From: Pelagomonas calceolata
Lineage: Eukaryota
DNA: 64,000 bases
Reading direction: 5' to 3'
NCBI GenBank assembly: GCA_918797485.1
Contig: CAKKNE010000006.1
Coordinates: forward strand, 868,001 to 932,000
A program made the translations under genes and the position numbers. Below the pieces are notes generated by a model, which worked only from the letters and a program-made list of their open reading frames with translations, did not search any database and was not told the DNA's origin. Shown here in pieces: positions 22,461-35,000 of this stretch (its first letter is position 1; each line of letters begins with the position of its first letter).

Positions 22461-23366
22461 ATGTCAGCCCCACAGCTCGCGCGAGTCTCCATACTAGGAG
22501 TGGGCAAAATGGGCGCCGCGGCCGCGCGGCGCCTCGCGGGCCTCGGCTACGAGGTCTGCGTCTGGAACCGCTCCTCAGACAAAGCCCGAGCGCTCGCGTC
22601 GGACAGGATCACCGTCGCGGAAACAGCGCGCGACGCCGTCGAGGCGGCGGATCTGTGCATCGCATTATTGTCGACGACGGACGCCGTGCGACAAGTCGTC
22701 GAAGAGTGCCGAGGACCTTCGACGTTGGTGCTCGCCAACCTCGCGTCGGGCTCGCCCGACGACGGCCGCGCCGTCGCCGCGGCCGTCGCGGAGGCGCTGC
22801 CCAACGCGACATACGTGGACGGCGCCTACTGCGGCCCTCCCAGCGCCCTCGAGCAGGGCACGGGCCAGCTGTTCGTGTCGTGCGCCGGCGGCGAAAAGGC
22901 GCTCGACGCGCGGGCGGGCGCCGCGCTCCGGGCCTTGGGCGTGACGTCCTTCTGCGCGGGCGTCGGCGCCGCGCGCGCGCTGGATTATGCGGTCGTCGAC
23001 ATGGCCTTCGTGACGCTGATGAGCTACGCGTCGAACGCCGCGATGCTCGAGCGCGAGGGCGTCGACGCATCAGTAGCCGTGGCCGCCATAAGTCACCGCC
23101 TCGCCGCGGCGCCGGCGGCCCTCGAAGCCGCGGCCGCTAGGATGGCGGACCGGAGCGATGGCGCGTACGAATCTAACCCTACGGCGACGCTGGCGACGTG
23201 GCGGAACTTCTTTGATTCAAGGCGGCCCTACCTAGACAAGATCGGCGCGTCGCGCGTCCTCCCGGACTTCTGCATCGATGTTTTGGACCGGGCCGGCGCG
23301 AGCGGTGCTCACGGGGGCGCCGACGTGACGCGCGTCCAGGAAGTGCTGCGTTATAACGACGGTTAA
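22461..23366 (+). CDS. NAD(P)-dependent oxidoreductase, 6PGD/beta-HAD superfamily, imine-reductase-like
   Basis: ILGVGKMG, VWNRS, NLASGSP, YVDGA..GPP, ALDYA. Confidence 0.85.
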   Translation: MSAPQLARVSILGVGKMGAAAARRLAGLGYEVCVWNRSSDKARALASDRITVAETARDAVEAADLCIALLSTTDAVRQVVEECRGPSTLVLANLASGSPDDGRAVAAAVAEALPNATYVDGAYCGPPSALEQGTGQLFVSCAGGEKALDARAGAALRALGVTSFCAGVGAARALDYAVVDMAFVTLMSYASNAAMLEREGVDASVAVAAISHRLAAAPAALEAAAARMADRSDGAYESNPTATLATWRNFFDSRRPYLDKIGASRVLPDFCIDVLDRAGASGAHGGADVTRVQEVLRYNDG

Positions 23367-23452
23367 AACCCCCAAACTACTAGCATATCCCGGCGACCGG
23401 ATATGTCATGGATATGTCATGGATACGTCGCTGCTCCTTTTAGGGCCAGCGC

Positions 23453-24187
23453 CTAGTCGATCTTGTCCACGTCATGAGTGGTAGGATCGCCAATTGCCAA
23501 TTTATATAATCCAATAATGATGAGGTAGGTCCAGAAGGCCTGTAAGGCGCTCAATAACAGGTTGACGGTGCAGAACGTGATGACCTCCAGCGCGTCATTC
23601 GGGTAGTGTGTCAATGAGGCGCTCCAGAAGTGGTAACTGACGTAGGGCCAGTAAAACGTCCGCAACACGAGAAAGCAGACGCAGAAGAAGGGTCGTATCA
23701 ACTCATTCGAGACCGGATATCTCTTCTTCACGTCGGGGAACATCTTAAACAAGTCGAGGAAGACGAGCGGTAAGGAACTTAATTCCGAAACTCCAAAAAA
23801 GTACGTCCCGTAGAAAAAGTAAATATTTTTGTTCACGGCCAGGCACGCTAACAACAATGCTAACGCGTGGTGCGCGACCATCTCAAACGTTTTTCCTCGC
23901 AAGCGTTTGACTCGCGCCGCACAGGCTAGTTCATATAATTGAAAGGGGATCTGTAAAATGCAGCACCGGATGCCGTTGGCGTGTGCTTCAGCATAAACGC
24001 CCGGCGTCGTGCCGACGTCTTCGTACATGGACCGCCAGGCATCTACACCTAATACCGCTAGGATTAGGAATGCTACGGCCTGCGGGACGACGTGCGCGGC
24101 GATGTCGCTCAGACCCGCTAAGCGTCCTGCTCCGTGGAGCCCGCACAACAGGGCGCCGAACTTGTAGGCGTCGGCGGCGTAGTCCAT
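23453..24187 (-). CDS. TLC (TRAM/LAG1/CLN8) domain membrane protein
   Basis: MVAHH, ELSSLPL, FLVLR, LQAFWTYLI motifs; multiple TM helices. Confidence 0.85.
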   Translation of the reverse strand: MDYAADAYKFGALLCGLHGAGRLAGLSDIAAHVVPQAVAFLILAVLGVDAWRSMYEDVGTTPGVYAEAHANGIRCCILQIPFQLYELACAARVKRLRGKTFEMVAHHALALLLACLAVNKNIYFFYGTYFFGVSELSSLPLVFLDLFKMFPDVKKRYPVSNELIRPFFCVCFLVLRTFYWPYVSYHFWSASLTHYPNDALEVITFCTVNLLLSALQAFWTYLIIIGLYKLAIGDPTTHDVDKID

Positions 24188-24270
24188 GGCTTTGCTTGTT
24201 GCTTGCTCTGTGTAAAGTGATGCTCTGCACTTTATGCTGCTCTAGCCGTCCAGAAAGCTAGCGTTCGTAA

Positions 24271-26538
<2,268 letters not shown>

Positions 26539-26746
26539 TTACCCCCCCCCTCGCGCGATCAATTCCTCTCGTCGGTCGGAGGCCCCAGGCCCCCCTCTCA
26601 TCGGTCGGAGGCCCCTAGGCCCCCCGTCGCAACTAAGTACCTTTATCCCCGACGCCGTCGCTGCGACGAGGCCCCAGCCCTCGTCGCACGCACGCGAAGC
26701 CCACGTAGTAGATAATAGTTACGCGGGAGGGGGCGACGCACCAAGC

Positions 26747-27610
26747 CTAGCGCGGCACGTTCGACGGCGTCGGCTTCGGCGGCGGCGCGGGGATGTGCGA
26801 CGGGTGGACGTGCTCGTAGTACAAGTCGTTCGTGTCGACGGCGCCGATGAACTCCCAGCCCGTCTCCTTCATGTGGTAGAGGTTGTTCCAGCCACCACTG
26901 TAAGCATCTCTATGGGCGGCTCCCGCGATCGCTCTCCGCCCGAGATCAATGGCCTCCTCCACGGTTAAATCAGCTCTCAAATGGGAGTCGATCACTCCAT
27001 AGGCGTACGTCGAACCGGACCCCACACAAAAGGCGTCGCCCTTAAGTCGCGTCCCGTCGTCGTCCACGTAGTAGAGCTGCGGCCCACTCTCGTCCCAGCC
27101 GCAGACCATCGTGCCCATGGACAATCCGCGCCCTCTATATTGATACATCGTGTTCGCGAGCATCTTACTGGCGGCGGCCACCGACACTCTACGCTTGTTC
27201 CGGAGCTCAAACATGCGGCACTGCGTCCCCAAATTGCGCTCCCAGAAGGCGCAGTCCGCCGCGCCTCCCGCCATCGTTCCTAATAAAAATGGATTGATTT
27301 CTATCACTTTTTTGACCGTCTGCGACGCGATGTAGGGGCCCATCGTACTTCTCGAATCGACGGAGATGATGACGCCGCCGTCGAATTTAAAAGCTAAGGT
27401 GGTCGTGCCCTTCGCAAATTGTACTTTTTGATGGTTGTCGGTACCGTAGCCGACGCCGAAGTTGTCTTTGCTAAATTGCGCGGGGTCGGGCGTCGGGGCG
27501 AGCGCGAAGCGCTGGACGTTGAGGCCCAAAATGTCCTTGGCGTTCGTGGCGTCGTCTTCTTTCGGCCGGGCGCCCGCATCTAACATGCGGTCGATGGCGA
27601 GGGCGGCCAT
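26747..27610 (-). CDS. PSMB5: 20S proteasome subunit beta 5
   Basis: KG|TTTLAF propeptide junction, [38 protein letters not shown]. Confidence 0.97.
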   Translation of the reverse strand: MAALAIDRMLDAGARPKEDDATNAKDILGLNVQRFALAPTPDPAQFSKDNFGVGYGTDNHQKVQFAKGTTTLAFKFDGGVIISVDSRSTMGPYIASQTVKKVIEINPFLLGTMAGGAADCAFWERNLGTQCRMFELRNKRRVSVAAASKMLANTMYQYRGRGLSMGTMVCGWDESGPQLYYVDDDGTRLKGDAFCVGSGSTYAYGVIDSHLRADLTVEEAIDLGRRAIAGAAHRDAYSGGWNNLYHMKETGWEFIGAVDTNDLYYEHVHPSHIPAPPPKPTPSNVPR

Positions 27611-27794
27611 GTTTGTTTTTGCGGCGCGCGGCGGCTGGCGCGGCGGCTGAGTCTATTTCTATTTCTACGGCTCGGCGCGCGCTGAAAGTTGCTGACAGCT
27701 TCTGAGGCTATCGCACGAGTACTGTCGTGGCTGCGCGGTACGAAGTGAGCGCTCTACGTGGAGTTTACGGCCCCGCGAGTCCGGCGGCCTCGTT

Positions 27795-27816
27795 GCTAGT
27801 GCCTAACTGACGCTAG
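27795..27816 (+). promoter_or_regulatory. Divergent-promoter motif copy (GCTAGTGCCTAACTGACGCTAG)
   Basis: Lies between PSMB5 ATG 27610 (-) and ATG 27932 (+). Confidence 0.5.
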
Positions 27817-27931
27817 TTGGCATGGATTATGATCGAGGATTGAAGTCGCCATAACTCGTTCACCAGGCATTGACCTTGCATAGCTAGATACTCCAAGCAG
27901 TGCTGCGTCGAGTGAAGTCGTTACTGAAGCA

Positions 27932-28417
27932 ATGCTGTGGCGTTTAGCAGTTCTCACCACCGCTGCACATGCGCTGGCGCCGAAGCGCTACCGCTTGCGG
28001 CCACGCAACGCCGTCGATCCCATTAGACCTGAAATAGGAAGCCCGGCGCCGCTCGTCATCAATGCTCTGGTTGCGATGGAGCGCGGCGCGTCCGCGCGGG
28101 CCGCGGACGCGCCGGAGATTGCTGTGGCGGTGCAGGAGATGAGGCCGAAGCTGCAAGAAGTGCTCGTGAGCACGTGCGCCGACGAGCCGTGGATCGCCAA
28201 GTACAAGGAGGAGGGCCGCTTCGGACTACCGCTGAGTGACGTGGACCCGTTGGTCACGATGCAGCGCAACGAGTGCCTCCTCGCCCTGTATTTGTTGGCG
28301 CGGCACCCCGACGGCGTCTCCGTTGATGACGGCGCGCCTCTCTTAAAAGCGGAGGACTTCCTGGATCAAGATAGACTTGACGTCGTGATGGCGGGAGCGT
28401 TGGACTTGGACCTGTAA
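27932..28417 (+). CDS. Hypothetical protein with signal peptide, possibly plastid-targeted
   Basis: MLWRLAVLTTAAHAL followed by a basic transit-like region; 161 aa. Confidence 0.6.
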   Translation: MLWRLAVLTTAAHALAPKRYRLRPRNAVDPIRPEIGSPAPLVINALVAMERGASARAADAPEIAVAVQEMRPKLQEVLVSTCADEPWIAKYKEEGRFGLPLSDVDPLVTMQRNECLLALYLLARHPDGVSVDDGAPLLKAEDFLDQDRLDVVMAGALDLDL

Positions 28418-28739
28418 CAGTTACTGTACTAGTGTCTTCCTTTGGGGTGTCCCATGCCTCTGCCCTCTGTCCGCCCGATCACCCAGGCTCCTGACCCCTA
28501 CCACCGAGGTACGAAGTATAAGGTACCATACCGATACCTACCCGGCGGCCGATTTGATCCGTGCCGGTTCTCGCGTCAAACGTGAGAATCTGTGGCAGCG
28601 AACCGCCTCCCGTGCTGTCGACGTCGCGGTTCCACTGCTGCGCCGAGTTCATCCGCTGGCGAGCGCTCAAATTCAAAGCCCAGCACCACCCGCTGCCTTG
28701 TGCTCTGAGCAGGATCTTCTCGCAGACGCAGTCGACGGG

Positions 28740-31231
28740 ATGTTCGAGCACAGCGAATCCAAACCGATCCTCGCACAGCATGGTGCGTCGAGCGACGCCC
28801 TCTCGGAGACCGAATTAGCAAGAGCGGCGTCGTTTGCCGGGCCGCGCCGCGCCAGCACCACAAATCTAGAACAGTCCTTGCAGGACGCCGGGAGCAGCAG
28901 CGGCGGTAGCAGCAGCCCGCGGTCGCGGAGCAGTATTGCGCCCGCGACGATTGTGGAGCGCGGCGCCGGCGTCTGCATCGGCGCGCTGCTCAACCTCATG
29001 TTGTGCGTGCCCTTTGCTTTAGCTTATTTCCCGATCGAGTGGCACCCTTTCCCTGTCCCCAGAGCGATGGGCTGCAGCATGTACTTTTTGAGCACCGTCA
29101 TTGCTCAAATAGTACTGACGTTCCAATCCGGGTTCGCCACCGCGCAAGGGCAGATGATGGTCGAGAACGTTCGCGACCGTGTCGAAATTTTCGGAGAGGT
29201 CCCGAGACGTCGCGTCGATGGCGTGGGGGGGGACCCGATTCATCCGCGCAGATCCCGTTCATGCACGCCATCGCCACGGTCGCCATGGAGCACCAAGGGC
29301 TGGGCGAGGACGCGCTCGGCACAGTGTTAATTATTTGGACCGTCGGCACGCTCTTCGTCGGCGCCGCGTTCTTCGCTCTCGGATATCTGAAAGTAGGGTC
29401 GATCGTCTACCACATCCCGAGACAAGTTATTGTCGGTTGCATCGGCGGCATTGGCATTTTTTTAGTGAGAACATGCTTCGAGGTCTCTACCGGCCTCCCG
29501 TTCGGGCCCGAGTTGTTGGGAAGCGTCTGGCCGCTCTGGGGGTTGAGCGTCGCCTACGAGGTCGGCCTCCGCATGTTGCTGCGCTGCGACGGCGTCACGC
29601 GGCGCACAGGACCATTGCTAGCTCCAATCTACTTTTTGGGTATCGTGCCCACGTTCTACTTACTGCTGTTCATGCGCGGTGGTAACGTGCACGACGCCCG
29701 CTCGAATTACTTCCTCTTCCCGAACACGCCGGACGTGTCGCCTTTCCTGCCGGTGGAGGTTATGGCACAGACCGTTCGACGCGGTTCTTTCAGTTGGCGC
29801 GCGTTCGTGAAGGCGCTACCGACCACGGCCATGCTTGCTATCTTTGCCCTCATGCATGTCCCTATTAATATCCCCGCGTTGGCCGCCACGGTCCACGTCG
29901 ACTACGACTTGAACCATGAGCTCAAGCTCCACGGCGTGTCGAACCTCGCGAGCGGCTTGGTCGGCGGCCTGCCAAATTATCTGGGCTATTGCAACTCGGT
30001 GATGTACGCGCGGTGCGGGGGCGGCGGCCGGGCGGCCGGGGCCGCGCTGATCGTCGTCGAGGCGCTCTCGGTTGCTTATGGAATGCGTGTGGTACCTTAT
30101 GTCCCGAGGTGCCTGGCGGGCTGCCTCATCCTCCACGTCGGCCTCGACCTCGTCAAGGAGGCGTTGTATGATTCCCTAGGTGCGTTTGATTCATTGGAAT
30201 ATGGCTGCATCGTGGCGATTGGCTTCGTGATGACGGTCTTCGGCTTCTCTTCTGGTCTGCTCTTCGCGCTGGTCGCGTCGACGCTAATCTTCACGATTCA
30301 ACAAGCCGTGCACGGCAACCCCGTCCGGGGCACGATGCGCGGCACGACGTTGAGATCCTCAAAGTGGCGCACGGCAGCAGCACGAACAGCCCTCGACCAC
30401 GCCATGGGCGCCGTGCTGGTGGTACAGGTCGTCGGGACGTTGTTTTTCGGGAACGCGACGGAGTTGAAAGAACGCGTCGCCCGGGAGCTCAAACTCGACA
30501 GGAAGGTCACGGTCCTCGTTTTGGACTTTACCTTGGTGCGGTCGATAGACGCGTCCGCCGCCGAGACCGTCGGCTCCGAGATCTGCGCGATTGCCAAGCG
30601 CCACGGGGCCCGTGTCTGCTACGCGTCGGGCCGCGCCGACGGCTTCCCGACCGCGGCGCCGATGACGGAACGCCTTTTAACAGAGCAGGTCCACGTCGCT
30701 CGCGATTTAGATGCTGCAATATTGTGGGCTGAGAACGTGCTCCTCGCCATTAAGGGTGGACCGACCTCTCCGCTGCGGCCGCCCAAGTCGCCGGAGCTTG
30801 GTGCGCCTGCTTCACAGCTCGCGGTGCTGATGCCGTCGCTGTCGGCGCGGGACCGCGATTCTCTAGCGTCGCATTTCAAGGGGCGACGCCTGTCGCCCGG
30901 CGAGGTCTTATGGAGGCAGAACGACCCCGCCACATCGATCGTAATAGTAGCGGCCGGCGCGCTCGTGTCGACCCTAGAAGACGTCGACGAGGAGGTCTCC
31001 GCGGGCCAGATGTGCGGCGAATCGGCGGCATTAACAAAGGCTAGGAGAGCCTCAACAGTGGCCTGCGCCGCCGACGGGCCCGCCCAGGTCTACGTCCTCG
31101 GGTCGATCGCGCTCGCCGCCCTGCCGGCCGAGCTCAAGCTCGAGTTGTGTTTACTATCGATGCGCTACATGAGCCACCGCCTCGACCACGTGGCCAACCG
31201 GATCTGGGAGACGCGGTGCGTGTCGATTTGA
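28740..31231 (+). CDS. SulP/SLC26 anion transporter with STAS and cNMP-binding domains; join(28740..29168,29252..31231), start uncertain
   Basis: MMVEN|IPFMH across GT-AG intron 29169-29251; HIPRQVIVGCIGGIG; TLFFGNA / LVLDFTLVRSIDASA (STAS); GEVLWRQ..GE..RAST (cNMP). Confidence 0.88.
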
Positions 31232-32038
31232 GTAAGTGTGCTGTTATGTGACGCCTACTCGTCCTTGCCCGAGCGCTGCTTCCCGCCGCCGCTGCGCGAG
31301 ATGACGCCGTCGGGCGGATACCTGTCTGGTTTGTTATGGGTCGTGGTCCTGATGCACGTCGCGGGCGGCGTGGCGTACTACCGGGCGTACGCGCACCTGA
31401 AGAAGCAGACGAAGGTCGTTTGAGGTCCTCCCCGCGTGGCCGCGGGCGCCGCGACCCTGGGGTCGCCGGCGGGCCGCACGGACGGCGTCGAGTGGTTCGG
31501 CTGGGTCCTGGCGCTGATTGGCGCATTGGTGTGCATGACGGGCTGCGAGCTCTACAAGTGCTACGTGAAGCACTTCGCGCCGCCGCCGATCTGATCTGAT
31601 GAGTGGGCGGCTCGTCCCCTCTCCCCGCGCCCCCCCCCCGAGCCGCCCCGTGTACATAAGCAGATATTCATAGTTCCTCTCTCGCCTGTACCCGCTCAGG
31701 CTCCTCGTCGCTCGACGGCGCCCGGCGCACGCGTCGATGTCGCGCGCAGGTCACCGAGGGCGCGCGCGACCACGGCTCGAACCACCACGGCGATACCGCC
31801 GTGTGCCTCTGCTGCTGGGTCGACGCGGTGACGGGCGGCGCCTCGAAGCCCGACGACCTGTGGTACTACTCCATAAAGTACGACGACGGCGAGGAGGAGC
31901 ACAAGGTGGGCCCGGCGCGGATCTTCCGAACGAATGGTGCGTCGGGATTCCCGCCGCCGCCAGGAGCTAATTTACAGAGGGTGCGTTATATAGACCTCGG
32001 GCGGGGGGGGGGGGAGGGGAATTGCGCGCCGGGTCCAA

Positions 32039-35000
32039 CTAGTAGTAGGTCGACTTCTCGATCCAGCCGGCCTGGCGCTTGATCGCGCCCGTGACCGCGT
32101 CGACGACCTCGGGCGACGTCGCCCGCATCATGTACTTGCGCGTCTCGTCGTACCTGCGTTTTCGTGTGGTTGAGGTCTCCTCTCGTCCCTGCTCTCGCGC
32201 CCGGCGGCGTCGCCGCGTCGGCGTTGTCCTCTCGTCCCTCGACGCGGCGTGCTCCCGCCCCGGCGCCGTCGAGGCGAAAGAGAATAAGTAAAACGCCGCG
32301 GCGTACATGAAGATCATCATGGACCAGGGCACGCCCGGCATCCAGTGCGTGAACCTTATGGGTTGCGTGCCGAGCACCTGTGTGGAAATCAACCAGTGTG
32401 TCGGATGCCAAGTCATTGCTCGGCGATGGCGCGGCCGTCCTGGTCGAGCAATAAAGAACCGGCATCGCCACGCCATCGAGCAGGTATCATGAAGATGGCG
32501 TGGAGGACGACGCGACGCTTCAGCACGAACGCGCCGTAAAAATTTGATGTCCACCCCGCCGAGCACGCTAAAAATACCGCCGTAGCACAGCCAGGCGGCC
32601 AATAACGTCTCGAAGAAGAGCCCGAAGTTCAGGACCGAGTTCCGCAGGCCCTGCTGCTTGATCGACAGCCAGCGCGTCTTGCAGATCAACAGGTCCGCCC
32701 ACTGCACGACCACAATACTGACCCAATACGCGGCCTGAGAATGCATCAAAGCGTTCTTCTGGACCATGCGCGAGGCCACGTTCTGGCACTGCTTGATCGT
32801 GCGGTCCTCGGCCTTGGGGTGGGCCGCGATGTCGGCCGCGATCTCCGCCGGGGACGCGGACTCGCAGTCGGGTCTGCAAGAGGGAACGCCGTCCGTGGGC
32901 TTGCAGTAGAAGAGGTTGGCCGTCACGTCGTCCAGGTCCGCGCAGCCGGCGCCGCCCTTCGCGTCGCCGTTCGCGTCGTAGCCGCCGTTGCAGAAGACGG
33001 CGTCCTTGTACCACGTCCGGTACTTCGTCTCGCCCGCACAGGTCGTCGGCAGGTCGACGTGTTCCATCTTGACGCCCTTGTAGAGCTGGTCCATCTTGGG
33101 CAGCTTCACCAGGTCCGAGTCCGTCTCCTTGCCCTGGAGATTGCCGTCGTTGCCCAGACAAACGCTCCAGACGCCCGGCGGCTGGCCGAGGAAACTGAAG
33201 GTTGCCGCCTTCTTGTTGTTCTTGTATCCCAATACGCCGGCCTTGGCGCCCTTGGCCAGTTTGAATTCGCTCCGCGTGATGTCCCAGGCGAGCCACTTGC
33301 TGTCCCAGAACTCCGACATGCGGCCGCGCCAGGGCACATATTCAAAATACTTCTGGGACTGCAGGGCGTAGATCGACTCGACCGTCGGCAGGGGCTGGCC
33401 GTCCGTCCTCCGCTTGTAGGTGTCCGCGTCGCGGTAGTCGAAGCCGCCGCTCCACGTCTGACCGGCCTTCGGGGCCGCGCGCCGGCCGTTAAAGTTCTTC
33501 GCCGCGAAGGAGCAGGACTCCAGATAGCCCGCGTCGCCTCGATCCCACAACGGGTACTGCCTTCTCGGGCCGACCTCCGACGGGTCCCTTCTCAATCCAG
33601 CTCCGACGCTGACGGAGCCGGCCCACGGGTCCTTGTCGCCCGCGATGACCTGGCCCTCGTCCACCTGACCGAGGGCGTTCACGTACTGGCCGCCCTTGAA
33701 CTTGCAGTACATGACCTGGTCGGCGAAAAACCCTAGCTTGCCCGTCGGCGCCGTCGCGCCCGGGTTGCCCACCAAGACCACCGGAGGAAATCCATAGTCG
33801 TTCAGGACGAGCATCCACGCGTAAAAACCGGCCAGGGCCTGCATGACGCCTATTTGTAGATAGGCGAGGCACATGAGTTTCCCGGTCACGAGGTGGTCCG
33901 TGGCCTGCGTGAAAGTTCAAGTTATACTTCAATTCGGGGTCTCTCGTGGTCGGAGCGAGGTGCGGCTCTCTGGATACGGTCGATTGTATCGAAGGGGCGT
34001 CGTGTCCGAGTTTGGGCCGAAACCAGGGCCGCGGTGCCGAGATCGCGAGACGCGACCGCTCGCACGCGGCGAGAAGCGAGGATCGCGTCGATGGCGTCGA
34101 ACGACGCTCCCAGACGCCGTCGACGCGAAGATAACCTGACTCACTCGTCGATTTCCACACCGATAGCATGCGGCGTTGCGCGGCGGCCGCTTCATGATGT
34201 CCGCTTCCGCATCTTCATACGCCATGGAGATGGCCGGGACCATGTCCGTCCCCAAGTCGATCGCCAGGATCAGCACGGTGGAGAGGGGCATCGGCGTGAG
34301 GAAGACGATCCAACAGAGAAACGGCGAGATCTCGGGGATATTTGAGGTTAATGTATAACAGATGGACTTCTTGAGGTTGTCGAAGATCAAACGCCCTTCC
34401 TCGACGCCGGCCACAATACTCGCGAAGTTGTCGTCGAGGAGGATCATGTCCGCCTGCGTGTGGCGGCGGTTTCGCGTGTTGCCGCGGTGTTTGGGCACTC
34501 TCGCGGCGTCGACGCGACTCGTGTCCGTCAGACGAGGTGGTGGGTGGTTTTATTTCCGATTTCGAGTTGATTCGGACCGACATCGTGACTCCGGCTCGAC
34601 ACGGTCCGAAATGGCTCAGATTCGAAAAATAAACCACCAACGACCTCGTCTGATGGATACGAGTCGCGTCGATGGCGTGAAGGCGCCTCTACACAATGGG
34701 ACGCCGAGATACGCACGGCGTTCTTCGTGACCGGCGTGCCCGCGATGCCCATCGCGACGCCGATGTCCGCCTTCTTGAGCGCCGGCGAGTCGTTCACCCC
34801 GTCGCCCGTGACGGCGACGACGTGGCCGACGCGCTGGCAGTTGCCCACGATGACGAGCTTTTGTTGGGGGCTCGTACGAGCAAACACGATCTGCGGGTGC
34901 GCGAGGATCGCGTCCCACTTCGCGACGGGGTCGTCATCACTAATCTCCCAGCCCGGCACGACGATGGCTTGCGCGAGGGCCGGGTCCTGGTAGCCGACGT

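Noticed and set aside
23399..23430. Short 11-bp tandem repeat GGATATGTCAT, and a ~30-bp duplication at ~26565-26625
   Set aside because: Ordinary slippage duplications in convergent 3' spacers.
31750..32000. Tudor-like peptide YSIKYDDGEEEHKV after a possible acceptor at ~31749
   Set aside because: I could not build a gene model with a start codon; too little support.
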